Assembly (NCBI GenBank): GCA_021205635.1
Contig: JAJPXC010000095.1
Span: 15,076-79,075 of the forward strand
DNA from: Bacteroidales bacterium
GTDB taxonomy: Bacteria; Bacteroidota; Bacteroidia; Bacteroidales; Muribaculaceae
Direction: 5' to 3'
Length of the DNA: 64,000 nt
A model generated the notes under the pieces. It was not told the DNA's origin and made no database searches. It worked only from the letters and a program-made list of their open reading frames with translations. The translations under genes were made by a program, and so were the position numbers. This document shows, piece by piece, positions 17,119 through 24,780 of the stretch (within the stretch, counting starts at the first letter, position 1; each line of letters opens with the position of its first letter).

Positions 17119-18060
17119 ATGTTTAAGAGCAAGAAGACGATGGCCAATTGGGCCATGGGCGTGTCGAAGTTTTTCTCGGGTTTGAACGAGAATGCTTTGC
17201 GCTACCTCTTGCCGGGGTGGATGAACGCCATGTCGGGTGTCGTGTTCCGTATGGGATTCGGTGCCGTCGCCTTTTGGATAATCTCGCTGTTTCGCGGCAA
17301 ACGCAACACCCCCATCACCACCAAGCAAAAACTCATCCTGCTTCTCCTGGGCGCCGTGCCGATGTACGGCTACATGATTTTTCTGCTTTATGGCCTTAGC
17401 TACACCACCCCTATCGCGTCGTCGATCTTCATCTCGCTGGAGTCGGTGGTGGTGTTCATCCTGTGCGTAATCTTTTACCACGAGCATGTGACGGCCAAGA
17501 AGCTGCTGGGCATCGCCTTGGGCTTGGGTGGCGCGTTGCTAATCATCTGCACGCAGAAACAGAGCGACGTGGCCTCCGATCCCCTGCTGGGCGACCTGAT
17601 GTGCGCCGGTTGCTGCCTTTGCTACTCCACCTATCTGGTGCTGTCGGCACGCGTGGTGAAGAAGATCGACAACATCACCGTGTCGAAATGGCAGTTCACC
17701 GGCGGCGCTATTTCGGCCGTGGCGGTGGTCGTGTGCGCCCACAATTGGCACGCGCCGGTGCTGGAGCAGGGAATCTTCTCCGCTCCTATGCTGGTGCTCG
17801 CGTTTGTGTTGATTTTCCCCTCGTGTATCAGTTACATGCTGGTTGACACGGGTTTGCGCTACCTGTCGACGACGGTTGTGGCACTTTACGGCTACCTGAT
17901 CCTCATCGTGGCCACGATCATGAGTTACGTCCTGGGTCAGGACCACTTCGACTGGTACCAGATCGTGGCTATCGCGCTGATCATCGCCTCGGTCTACTTC
18001 GTGGAGGTCGCCGAATCCCGCGACTCCGCCAACACCCCGGTAGCCAAGAATAGCCACTGA
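17119..18060 (+). CDS. DMT-superfamily (EamA) transporter, paralog 1
   Basis: ATG ORF 313 aa; about 10 TM segments in two EamA halves; N-terminus aligns by eye with the paralog at 46195-47103 (RYL.P.W...FGA..FW.ISLF). Confidence 0.8.
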   Translation: MFKSKKTMANWAMGVSKFFSGLNENALRYLLPGWMNAMSGVVFRMGFGAVAFWIISLFRGKRNTPITTKQKLILLLLGAVPMYGYMIFLLYGLSYTTPIASSIFISLESVVVFILCVIFYHEHVTAKKLLGIALGLGGALLIICTQKQSDVASDPLLGDLMCAGCCLCYSTYLVLSARVVKKIDNITVSKWQFTGGAISAVAVVVCAHNWHAPVLEQGIFSAPMLVLAFVLIFPSCISYMLVDTGLRYLSTTVVALYGYLILIVATIMSYVLGQDHFDWYQIVAIALIIASVYFVEVAESRDSANTPVAKNSH

Positions 18061-18069
18061 GGGATTGGA

Positions 18070-18138
18070 TTTTAGCCACGAATTTCACTAATTTACACTA
18101 ATTTAATTTGTGATAATTGGTGAAATTCGTGGCTAAAA
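18070..18138. repeat. Long hairpin element TTTTAGCCACGAATTTCAC-N31-GTGAAATTCGTGGCTAAAA
   Basis: 19-bp perfect arms; the loop is made of CACTAATTT words; lies between convergent EamA and ribD. Confidence 0.85.
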
Positions 18139-18173
18139 TCATTCATGGCTATATTTTTTCATTAGCGGCTTTA

Positions 18174-19091
18174 TTAGCTATTTCGGTAATACCAGGCGAT
18201 GCGATGCCCTCCGAGAGTCTCCTCTTTTATTAGCATAGCCCCAGCGGGGATTCGGGGCGAGGGGAGCGGTTCGCCCGGCTCGGCAAGGGGTTGGGGCGAG
18301 GTTTCTACCCTCAGTTGGTCCCATTGGCCGCTGTCGAGCATGGCCTGCAGGAATCGAGGCCCAGCCTCCACAAGCACCGAAGTCACCCCTTGCTCCCATA
18401 GATCTTGCAAGAACGTATGCTCTATTACATACCTTTTCGGGTTGCGGCCGTCCCAGAGGCGCACGTTGAGCCGGGGATGGTCGATGTCGAAAGTGGCCTG
18501 GGTGGTGACGATGGCGTCGTGCTCGGCCCGTAGTTTGGCGGTGGACAGCGATACGAGCTGGTTGGAGATCCTCACCGACTTTCCCTTCACGCCCATATAT
18601 CCGTCAGCCGTTTGGGCCAGTTTCAGTGTCACGAAAGGGCGTTTTTGGATTTGACACGTCATAAAGCGACGGTTTAGCTCCTTGCACTGCTCCTCGAGGA
18701 TGCCTACCGCGACCTCAGCACCGGCGTCGCGCAACATCTGCACTCCGCGCCCACTCACCCGAGGGTTCGGGTCGAGCGAACCCACCACAACCCGTCGTAT
18801 CCCCTTGTCCACCAGCAATTTGGCGCATGGCGGCGTCTTTCCGTAATGGGAGCACGGCTCCAGCGTCACATACATCGTCGACTTCGGCAGCAGCGTCGCG
18901 TCCTCGGCTGCCACCGAGGCGATAGCGTTGACCTCGGCGTGACCCTCGCCGCAGCGACGGTGGTAACCCTCGCCGATAATACGGCCATCGTGGACGATCA
19001 CCGCCCCCACCATCGGGTTGGGCGACGTGTCCATCCGTCCCAGGCGCGCCAGCTGCAACGCCCGCTCCATATATAAAATGTCACTGTTCAC
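18174..19091 (-). CDS. ribD: Bifunctional riboflavin deaminase/reductase RibD
   Basis: 305 aa; GTG start at 19091 (alternative ATG at 19070); deaminase motifs HAEVNAI and TLEPCSHYGKTPPC; reductase part PFVTLKLAQTADG; N-terminus DILYMERALQLARLG parallels the E. coli RibD N-terminus. Confidence 0.9.
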   Translation of the reverse strand: MNSDILYMERALQLARLGRMDTSPNPMVGAVIVHDGRIIGEGYHRRCGEGHAEVNAIASVAAEDATLLPKSTMYVTLEPCSHYGKTPPCAKLLVDKGIRRVVVGSLDPNPRVSGRGVQMLRDAGAEVAVGILEEQCKELNRRFMTCQIQKRPFVTLKLAQTADGYMGVKGKSVRISNQLVSLSTAKLRAEHDAIVTTQATFDIDHPRLNVRLWDGRNPKRYVIEHTFLQDLWEQGVTSVLVEAGPRFLQAMLDSGQWDQLRVETSPQPLAEPGEPLPSPRIPAGAMLIKEETLGGHRIAWYYRNS

Positions 19092-19244
19092 GCCGCGAAT
19101 TTACAAAAAGAATGTTAAAGATAGGGTACAATTCAAAAAATTACAATATTTTTGCGGTGTGATTTGCTACTTATAGCCTTGAACATAACCATTTGAGCAA
19201 TAAACAGTAACCAAAATAAAATTCCTTAATCCAAAATTCATCAC

Positions 19245-21941
19245 ATGAAAAAAATCTTATTTACTCTCTTAGGGCTCATCGTGGCCTTAGGCGCCAGCGC
19301 CACCAACTACGTTGTGTGGTCGGGCGACGATTTGACCAGCGATGAGGAACAGATTAATACCGCTTTTTATGGATGGTGGAACGTGGCGACCTCTACCGTG
19401 GATGACACCGCTTCCCCCGAGGGAAAGGCACTCAAAATAAATGCCGCTAATGCCTCGTCAAGCACTGCCTATTCTTGCGGCTATGCTCCTACCGATGCCA
19501 CCATTTTGAATTCCCTGGTAGATTATGATTTGGTTTTCTACGTAAAGCGAGAAGGCACAGGCACTTTCTGGATTCGCTTGACTTCTCCCGACACCACTTA
19601 TTACCTAGACAACACTACCCAGATTCCCAATGATGGAGCCTATCATGAGGTTCGCTTGAACATCCGCAATGATTTCGCCGCCATAGTATCTTCTTGGGAA
19701 AACGCTACAACCGAGGTTTTATATTGCTTTGCATGTGGAGGTGACGACATCGATGAGAGCTCCGCTCTCTACTTCGCAAATGTACACTACGAATCCTCCA
19801 TCCCGATGCCCTCGATCACCGCATCGGCCTCCGATATTACCTCTAGCACCGCTACAATCAACTACTCGGTTACCTTCCCCGATGGTTACAGCAACACCGC
19901 AATCACCGTCAATGACGAGGCTGTAACCGACAATCCCGGCACCGTTGCCCTCACTGGCTTGACCGCCAAGACCGATTACTCTTATACAGTTAAAGCCACT
20001 GGCGAGTACGATGGCGAAACCTATTCCGTCTCCAAAGTTGTTTCCTTCACAACCGCTCGCGAGGCTGGCGACGAACCGATGTATTACGGCATTCTGCAAG
20101 GCGCCGATACCGACGACTACGTGGTAACCGCCTACTATTGGGTACGCTATAACACCGACAAGACCGTCACCGTATACGTTGAATACGAGGGCCTTGATAT
20201 CGACCACAACCACAAGATTAACCTCCAAAACGGCGATGACCTCGACAACTGGAAGACTATGACCCAAGAGGGTAACGGCTGGATTTACGATTCCGTGGGC
20301 ACCTTCGAGGAGGGCGAAACTCTGAACGGTTTCTTCTGGTTTGAGTACGCAGGTGGTGTTTGGGGTGGCAACTACCACTTCATTTTCACCATCGGCACCA
20401 CCACCGATCCCTGGGTGAAAGGCCCGAGCCTGAGCGCCTCGGCTGAGAACGTGACCTACAACTCGGCCGATATCGCCTACAAGATTACCGTTCCCGCTGG
20501 TCTGGCCGAAGCCACTACCAAGCTGTACATGGACGATGTTGAGCAAACCATCACCGACCTCACCGGCACCATCGCCCTCACCGGCCTGACCGAGCAAACT
20601 GAATACTCCCACGTGCTGAAAGCCATTTCCACCCTCGATGGTGAGACTTACGAAAGCAAGGAAGTCACCGTTTCCTTCAAGACCAAATCGTCAACTGCCA
20701 AGGATAAGGTGTTCAAGGACTACTGCCCCGCAAAATTCTCCAATGCATATCTCTCTGGAGAAGACTCATCGGCAGCTCGTAACATCTACCTCAACCTTCC
20801 CTTCACTCTCACCTACGACACCGATGGCGTGCTCACATATGAGATCGACCTCACTCAGTGCAAGGATATCGTAGGTCTTTCTCCCCAGATTTACTGGAAT
20901 GGCTTCAAATCCCTTACCCAAGGCGAGAACAATATTTGGTCGTACAACTTCGGCGAACTTACCGAGGATTCGAGTATTGCAATCTCCCACTACCTCGCCT
21001 ATGCCGGTGGTGTGGTTGACCAAAACTTCAGCGCCAAATACCCCACCGTTGGCTTAGAGCAAGATCTCCCCACAATCGGTGAAGCTGTCGAGATTTCCGA
21101 CTTTACCGCTCCTGGCGACCTCGTTGGAACCCAAACCAACCCTTACCACATCTCAGTAGCCGCTTACTCCCCGATCCCCGTAGATATTTGCGGCAAGGAC
21201 GCCAATGGCTACTATGTAACCTCCGATTATACCATGGATATCCCCAATGGCGTGATTTACGAGAACGGATATATTCATGTTACCCAGCATGGTGAGTTTA
21301 CCGTGACTGCCACTTCGGGCACCGCTTCCCGCTCACTCGTAATCAAGTGCCAGCGCAATGCCGAGTCCAAGAATCTTATTGCCAACGTTGAAGGTGATAC
21401 CGATTCGGGCACAGCCGCCAACGCTACCGATGGCAACACCGGCACCGAGTTGCAATGGGCTTGCACCGAAACCGAAGAGCACTATCTCACCCTCAACTTC
21501 GGCGGTAACTACTATGTAGAGTCGATAGAGGTACTGTTCGAGGGTGCTTATGCCACCAACTACTCCCTGAAGCTGTTCAACGCCACCCAGGCCGCTTCGA
21601 TGCTGCGCGAACAGGCCGAGGACAACGTAATCACTGTTGAGGACAACAACACTCCTCTCAACGTTATTCGCAACGACAAGGCCCAAGCAGGCACCTACTC
21701 GGGCGTTACCCTCGAGACCTCCAAGGCCCTCAACACGGGTTGGGGTATCAAGGTGAAGGAGATTCAGGTTTACGGCTCGGAGTCCACTCCCACCGGCGTG
21801 CAGAACGTGGCTGTCGACAACAACGACACCGACGCTCCCGTTGAGTACTACAACCTCCAGGGCATCCGCGTCGCCAACCCCGCCTCCGGCCAAATCCTCA
21901 TCCGCCGCCAAGGCAACAACGTTTCTAAAATCAAGCTTTAG
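19245..21941 (+). CDS. Modular T9SS cargo protein: N-terminal CBM-like domain, 2 x (FN3-like + unknown beta module), F5/8 type C (discoidin) domain, CTD
   Basis: ATG ORF 898 aa; signal peptide; internal duplication visible (..TGTVALTGLTAKTDYSYTVKA.. / ..TGTIALTGLTEQTEYSHVLKA..); discoidin-like ..ATDGNTGTELQW..HYLTLNFGGNYYVESIEVLFEGAYATNYSLKLF; CTD VEYYNLQGIRVANPASGQILIRRQGNNVSKIKL. Confidence 0.7.
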   Translation: MKKILFTLLGLIVALGASATNYVVWSGDDLTSDEEQINTAFYGWWNVATSTVDDTASPEGKALKINAANASSSTAYSCGYAPTDATILNSLVDYDLVFYVKREGTGTFWIRLTSPDTTYYLDNTTQIPNDGAYHEVRLNIRNDFAAIVSSWENATTEVLYCFACGGDDIDESSALYFANVHYESSIPMPSITASASDITSSTATINYSVTFPDGYSNTAITVNDEAVTDNPGTVALTGLTAKTDYSYTVKATGEYDGETYSVSKVVSFTTAREAGDEPMYYGILQGADTDDYVVTAYYWVRYNTDKTVTVYVEYEGLDIDHNHKINLQNGDDLDNWKTMTQEGNGWIYDSVGTFEEGETLNGFFWFEYAGGVWGGNYHFIFTIGTTTDPWVKGPSLSASAENVTYNSADIAYKITVPAGLAEATTKLYMDDVEQTITDLTGTIALTGLTEQTEYSHVLKAISTLDGETYESKEVTVSFKTKSSTAKDKVFKDYCPAKFSNAYLSGEDSSAARNIYLNLPFTLTYDTDGVLTYEIDLTQCKDIVGLSPQIYWNGFKSLTQGENNIWSYNFGELTEDSSIAISHYLAYAGGVVDQNFSAKYPTVGLEQDLPTIGEAVEISDFTAPGDLVGTQTNPYHISVAAYSPIPVDICGKDANGYYVTSDYTMDIPNGVIYENGYIHVTQHGEFTVTATSGTASRSLVIKCQRNAESKNLIANVEGDTDSGTAANATDGNTGTELQWACTETEEHYLTLNFGGNYYVESIEVLFEGAYATNYSLKLFNATQAASMLREQAEDNVITVEDNNTPLNVIRNDKAQAGTYSGVTLETSKALNTGWGIKVKEIQVYGSESTPTGVQNVAVDNNDTDAPVEYYNLQGIRVANPASGQILIRRQGNNVSKIKL

Positions 21942-21992
21942 GCCCCCAAACCCCCGAAACGGGGGCTTGCATAGATGACGGTAACGTCTAAT

Positions 21993-22025
21993 AGCCCCGT
22001 CTGGCACTCGCCAAGCGGGGCTTTT
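21993..22025 (+). terminator. Rho-independent terminator of the 898-aa cargo gene
   Basis: AGCCCCG-N16-CGGGGCT followed by TTTT. Confidence 0.75.
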
Positions 22026-22043
22026 CATAAGCGTCCGCGGATG

Positions 22044-22121
22044 CCTAGGGGGGCCGGCCTTGGACGGCCATCACGCGCCAGCCCTAGGGGGGCCGCCCTT
22101 GGACGGCCATCACGCGCCAGC
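22044..22121. repeat. 39-bp GC-rich tandem duplication (2 copies, 38 of 39 identical)
   Basis: CCTAGGGGGGCCG[G/C]CCTTGGACGGCCATCACGCGCCAGC twice; ends 4 nt before the tatC stop codon. Confidence 0.9.
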
Positions 22122-22125
22122 CCAG

Positions 22126-22911
22126 TTAGGCCGGGACCGCCGCCGCGGAGGCTTCCCAAAGGAGGTAGATGGGAAGAAAGACGACCGCCAGCGAGAAGGG
22201 ATCGCCCGTGGGCGTGATCAATGCGGCCACGATCAGCAACGCCACGATCGCGTGGCGTCGGTACTTGCGGAAGAATCCCCGCTTCAGCACTCCCGCCTTC
22301 CCTAGCAGCCACGCCAGCAACGGCAACTCAAACACGGCACCCATCAACAGGATCATCATCAGGAAATTGTCCATGTAGGAGTCGATAGTGATCGTGTTGG
22401 GGATGTCGGCCGAAAGCTGGTAATCAGCCAGAAACCGCAGCGTCAACGGGAATGCCAGAAAGTACCCCACGGCCATCCCCAGAAAAAACATCACATTGCC
22501 CATCAGGAACGCCATCGACGCGTTCTTCTTCTCCTTGGGGTAAAGCCCCGGACTCACGAACAGCCACAGTTGATAAATGATAATCGGGAACGCCACGATT
22601 ACCCCCAGCCAGCACGACGTGGACATGTGGATGAAGAATTGAGACGCCAGTTGGGTGTTGATCAATGTGACGTGGAAATCGGTGGCCGACGATTGCAGCC
22701 CCATCAACTCGCGTCCCCCCAGGGCGTCAAACAATCGGTACAGCGGGAACGACCCGCGCGTGGGCGCCAGAATCACCGTGTCGAAGATCTGGGGCATGAA
22801 TATGAAGAAAATCACCGCGAGAGCAGTCACTGTCACGGCGATACGGATCAGCGTGGCGCGCAGGGCGTCGAGGTGATCCCAAAATGTCATTTCACCCTGA
22901 GGGTTGGGCAT
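22126..22911 (-). CDS. tatC: Twin-arginine translocase subunit TatC
   Basis: ATG ORF 261 aa; MTFWDHLDALR N-terminus, six TM segments, typical TatC length. Confidence 0.9.
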   Translation of the reverse strand: MPNPQGEMTFWDHLDALRATLIRIAVTVTALAVIFFIFMPQIFDTVILAPTRGSFPLYRLFDALGGRELMGLQSSATDFHVTLINTQLASQFFIHMSTSCWLGVIVAFPIIIYQLWLFVSPGLYPKEKKNASMAFLMGNVMFFLGMAVGYFLAFPLTLRFLADYQLSADIPNTITIDSYMDNFLMMILLMGAVFELPLLAWLLGKAGVLKRGFFRKYRRHAIVALLIVAALITPTGDPFSLAVVFLPIYLLWEASAAAVPA

Positions 22912-22914
22912 GGG

Positions 22915-23133
22915 CTATTTCGCGGGAGCGTCGGGAGTGTCGTCCTTGCGGTTGATTTCCTGTTGCATCTCGTTCATGCCCTGCTTGAACGCGCGGATGC
23001 CTTGGCCGAGGCCTTTCATCAGCTCGGGTATCTTCTTGCCGCCGAACAGCAACAGCACCACGAGCACGATAATCAGCAATTGCCAGCCGCGAATATTGCC
23101 CAAAAAGAGTGGAATTATAGCGAAAGTATTCAT
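22915..23133 (-). CDS. tatA: Twin-arginine translocase subunit TatA/E
   Basis: Internal ATG at 23133 gives 72 aa: one TM ([16 protein letters not shown]) followed by the amphipathic [19 protein letters not shown]; the tracked 150-aa ORF is an upstream extension through non-coding DNA. Confidence 0.85.
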   Translation of the reverse strand: MNTFAIIPLFLGNIRGWQLLIIVLVVLLLFGGKKIPELMKGLGQGIRAFKQGMNEMQQEINRKDDTPDAPAK

Positions 23134-23162
23134 GATTGCGCGGGTTAATTGGTTTAATACTG

Positions 23163-23170
23163 CGAAGTTA
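23163..23170 (-). promoter_or_regulatory. -7-like box TAACTTCG for tatA-tatC
   Basis: Reverse complement of cgaagtta; 30 nt upstream of the tatA ATG; the TTCG variant recurs upstream of several other genes here (13799, 16193, 34180, 35613). Confidence 0.35.
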
Positions 23171-23248
23171 CGCGTTTTTTCCCACTCAACCGCCAATTTA
23201 TAGGATTTTAACGAGGAAGACACTCGGCAGCCGAACCTGGGAGGGCGG

Positions 23249-23314
23249 GCTGCCCTCAGCACGCCATATAGCTTGGGGAGGGGAGGCTGCCCTAATGAGG
23301 CCGCTGAGGGCAGC
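23249..23314. other. GC-rich element with two alternative pairing partners for one 3' strand
   Basis: GCTGCCCTCAGC (23249-23260) and GCTGCCCT (23286-23293) can each pair with GCTGAGGGCAGC (23303-23314). Confidence 0.5.
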
Positions 23315-23425
23315 GGCCATCCCAGTTTGGGCTGACGCGCGATTAATAAATTACAAATTTCCATCAAATATTACAATTTCGCGACAATTTGCTAAATTAT
23401 TTTTGGTTTGTAAAGAAATTTGCTT

Positions 23426-23433
23426 TACCTTTG
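23426..23433 (+). promoter_or_regulatory. -7 box TACCTTTG for the porin-glnK-amtB cluster
   Basis: Exact TAnnTTTG, 88 nt upstream of the ATG at 23521. Confidence 0.45.
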
Positions 23434-23520
23434 TGGCGTGAGAATAAAAATTTGTCACACACAACGCAATTTTTCTGACACATTCACCTAAGGTTTCACT
23501 ATTTAAAAATTTCTAAAGGT

Positions 23521-24243
23521 ATGAAAAAGATTGTTTTAGCTCTCTCCTTGATTTCGGCCTTGACGGCGGGTGCCGTCGACATCGACACAGGCAGTGAAGA
23601 TTGGTCGGCCTCGATTACCGGCGACCTTGTAACAAGTTACGTATGGCGCGGCCAGCAACTCGGAGGCTTCAGCATCCAGCCCGGACTCGAGGTGGGCTAC
23701 AAAGGCATAAGCCTTGCCGCCTGGGGCTCCACTTCATGGGAGGACAAATGGAACCGCGAGTTTGACCTCACCCTCGGCTACTCGATCAAGGGCTTCTCGG
23801 TGAGCGTCACCGACTACTGGTTCTCCCGCACTGGCGACGGGGTGTCGGCCCGCTACTTTACCTACGGCACACATAGCGAGTACTGCTCCCACGTGTTTGA
23901 GGCACACCTGGGCTACGACTTCGGTTTCTTGACCGCCGACTGGTACACCAACTTCGCCGGACAGGATGGCGTCGACCATCACGGCCACCGCGCTTATTCG
24001 TCGTATGTGACCCTGGCCGCTCCCTTCTCGGGACTCGGCATCGACTGGGAGGCACGAGTGGGCGCAACCCCCTACTGCACGACATTCTACAACAACGCCA
24101 ACTCATTCGCCGTCACTGAGGTGTCGCTGAAGGCATCCAGGGAGGTAACGATCACCGAAAAGATCCACTTCCCGGTGTGGGTACAGGTAATCGTCAACCC
24201 CCGCGCGAGCGACGCCTACTTCGTGGCCGGAGTATCGTTCTAA
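23521..24243 (+). CDS. Small outer-membrane beta-barrel, TorF/Gcw_chp-like putative porin
   Basis: ATG ORF 240 aa; signal peptide; SYVWRGQQLGG..IQPGLEVGYKGISLAAWGS pattern; ends ..FVAGVSF; sits directly upstream of glnK-amtB. Confidence 0.6.
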   Translation: MKKIVLALSLISALTAGAVDIDTGSEDWSASITGDLVTSYVWRGQQLGGFSIQPGLEVGYKGISLAAWGSTSWEDKWNREFDLTLGYSIKGFSVSVTDYWFSRTGDGVSARYFTYGTHSEYCSHVFEAHLGYDFGFLTADWYTNFAGQDGVDHHGHRAYSSYVTLAAPFSGLGIDWEARVGATPYCTTFYNNANSFAVTEVSLKASREVTITEKIHFPVWVQVIVNPRASDAYFVAGVSF

Positions 24244-24267
24244 CGAAAAGAATGAATCATATAAAAA

Positions 24268-24376
24268 GGATGAAGGATGAAGGATGAAGGGTGAAGGCCC
24301 CGTCTACTCCCCTTCCCTTTCCTCCTTTACTCCTTTCCTCCTTTAACGATTTAACGATTTAACGATTTAACGATTT
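24268..24376. repeat. (GGATGAA)x4 purine arm, CCTTYCCTTT-type pyrimidine arm, then (AACGATTT)x4
   Basis: 24268-24297 purine words; 24308-24344 complementary pyrimidine words; 24345-24376 octamer array; ends 15 nt before the glnK ATG. Confidence 0.85.
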
Positions 24377-24391
24377 AAAAAATCCCCCAAG

Positions 24392-24748
24392 ATGAAAAAA
24401 ATCGAAGCGATTATACGCAAAACCAAGTTTGAGGATGTCAAGGAAGCCCTTCTGGAGGCCGACATCGAGTGGTTCAGCTATTACGAGGTGCGTGGCGTGG
24501 GCAAGACCCGCCAGGCTCGCATCTACCGCGGCGTGATGTACGACACAAGCTCCATCGAGCGCATCCAGCTGTCGATCGTCGTGCGCGACATCAACGCCGA
24601 GAAAACCGTGCGCGCCATCCTCGCGGCGGCCCAGACCGGCGAGATCGGCGACGGCCGCATCTTCGTGCTCCCCGTCGAGGACTCTATCCGTATCCGCACC
24701 GGCGAGCGCGGCGACATCGCCCTTTACAACGCCGAGCATTCCAAGTAA
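24392..24748 (+). CDS. glnK: P-II nitrogen regulatory protein
   Basis: ATG ORF 118 aa; MKKIEAIIR..., T-loop region GVGKTRQARIYRG, C-terminal GDGRIFV..RIRTGE; linked to amtB. Confidence 0.93.
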   Translation: MKKIEAIIRKTKFEDVKEALLEADIEWFSYYEVRGVGKTRQARIYRGVMYDTSSIERIQLSIVVRDINAEKTVRAILAAAQTGEIGDGRIFVLPVEDSIRIRTGERGDIALYNAEHSK

Positions 24749-24780
24749 CCCTCACGTCCAACCTCAAATTTCTAACGATT

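Noticed and set aside
16606-17487. Long antisense or overlapping ORFs. Examples: 16606-17487, 19719-20612, 21333-22028, 29576-30310, 41977-42882, 48346-49350, 51853-52935, 56666-57520.
   Set aside because: They lie opposite or out of frame to genes with clear family motifs. Their products are Arg/Gly/Val/His-rich low-complexity sequence typical of shadow ORFs in GC-rich DNA, and none has a recognisable motif or promoter.
18174-19091. ribD as a truncated gene or pseudogene because it is only 305 aa
   Set aside because: Both the deaminase motifs (HAE, PCxxC) and the reductase N-terminal motif are intact. The frame is uninterrupted and the protein ends in a plausible C-terminal strand. It is compact but probably functional.
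19092-19244. FMN riboswitch upstream of ribD. A lysine riboswitch upstream of dapA (15997-16224) was also considered.
   Set aside because: The ribD -7-like box lies within about 5-26 nt of the candidate start codons, which leaves no room for a riboswitch. Neither spacer shows the conserved cores I know for these classes.
22044-22121. Possible CRISPR array (also considered for 53641-53679)
   Set aside because: The repeats are directly tandem with no spacers, there are only 2-3 copies, and no cas genes or leader are present. These are simple tandem duplications.
21975-22312. Small ORFs (80-95 aa) across the 39-bp repeat region and the tatC 3' end
   Set aside because: The products are Arg/Pro/Gly repeats generated by translating the tandem GC-rich repeat. 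They overlap tatC and lack promoter signals.
22915-23367. Upstream extensions of several tracked ORFs (tatA 150 aa; 33302-33862; 40404-41879; 43199-43933; 53883-55460; 47182-49431; 34206-35459; 2060-2596)
   Set aside because: In each case an internal ATG gives the canonical family N-terminus or a signal peptide. The extension runs through promoter, terminator or repeat DNA.
24469-24780. N-terminal extension of amtB (tracked ORF start 24469) overlapping glnK
   Set aside because: The extension is an Arg/Pro-rich translation of the glnK region in a different frame. The ATG at 24781 gives a normal signal-like AmtB N-terminus 32 nt after the glnK stop.
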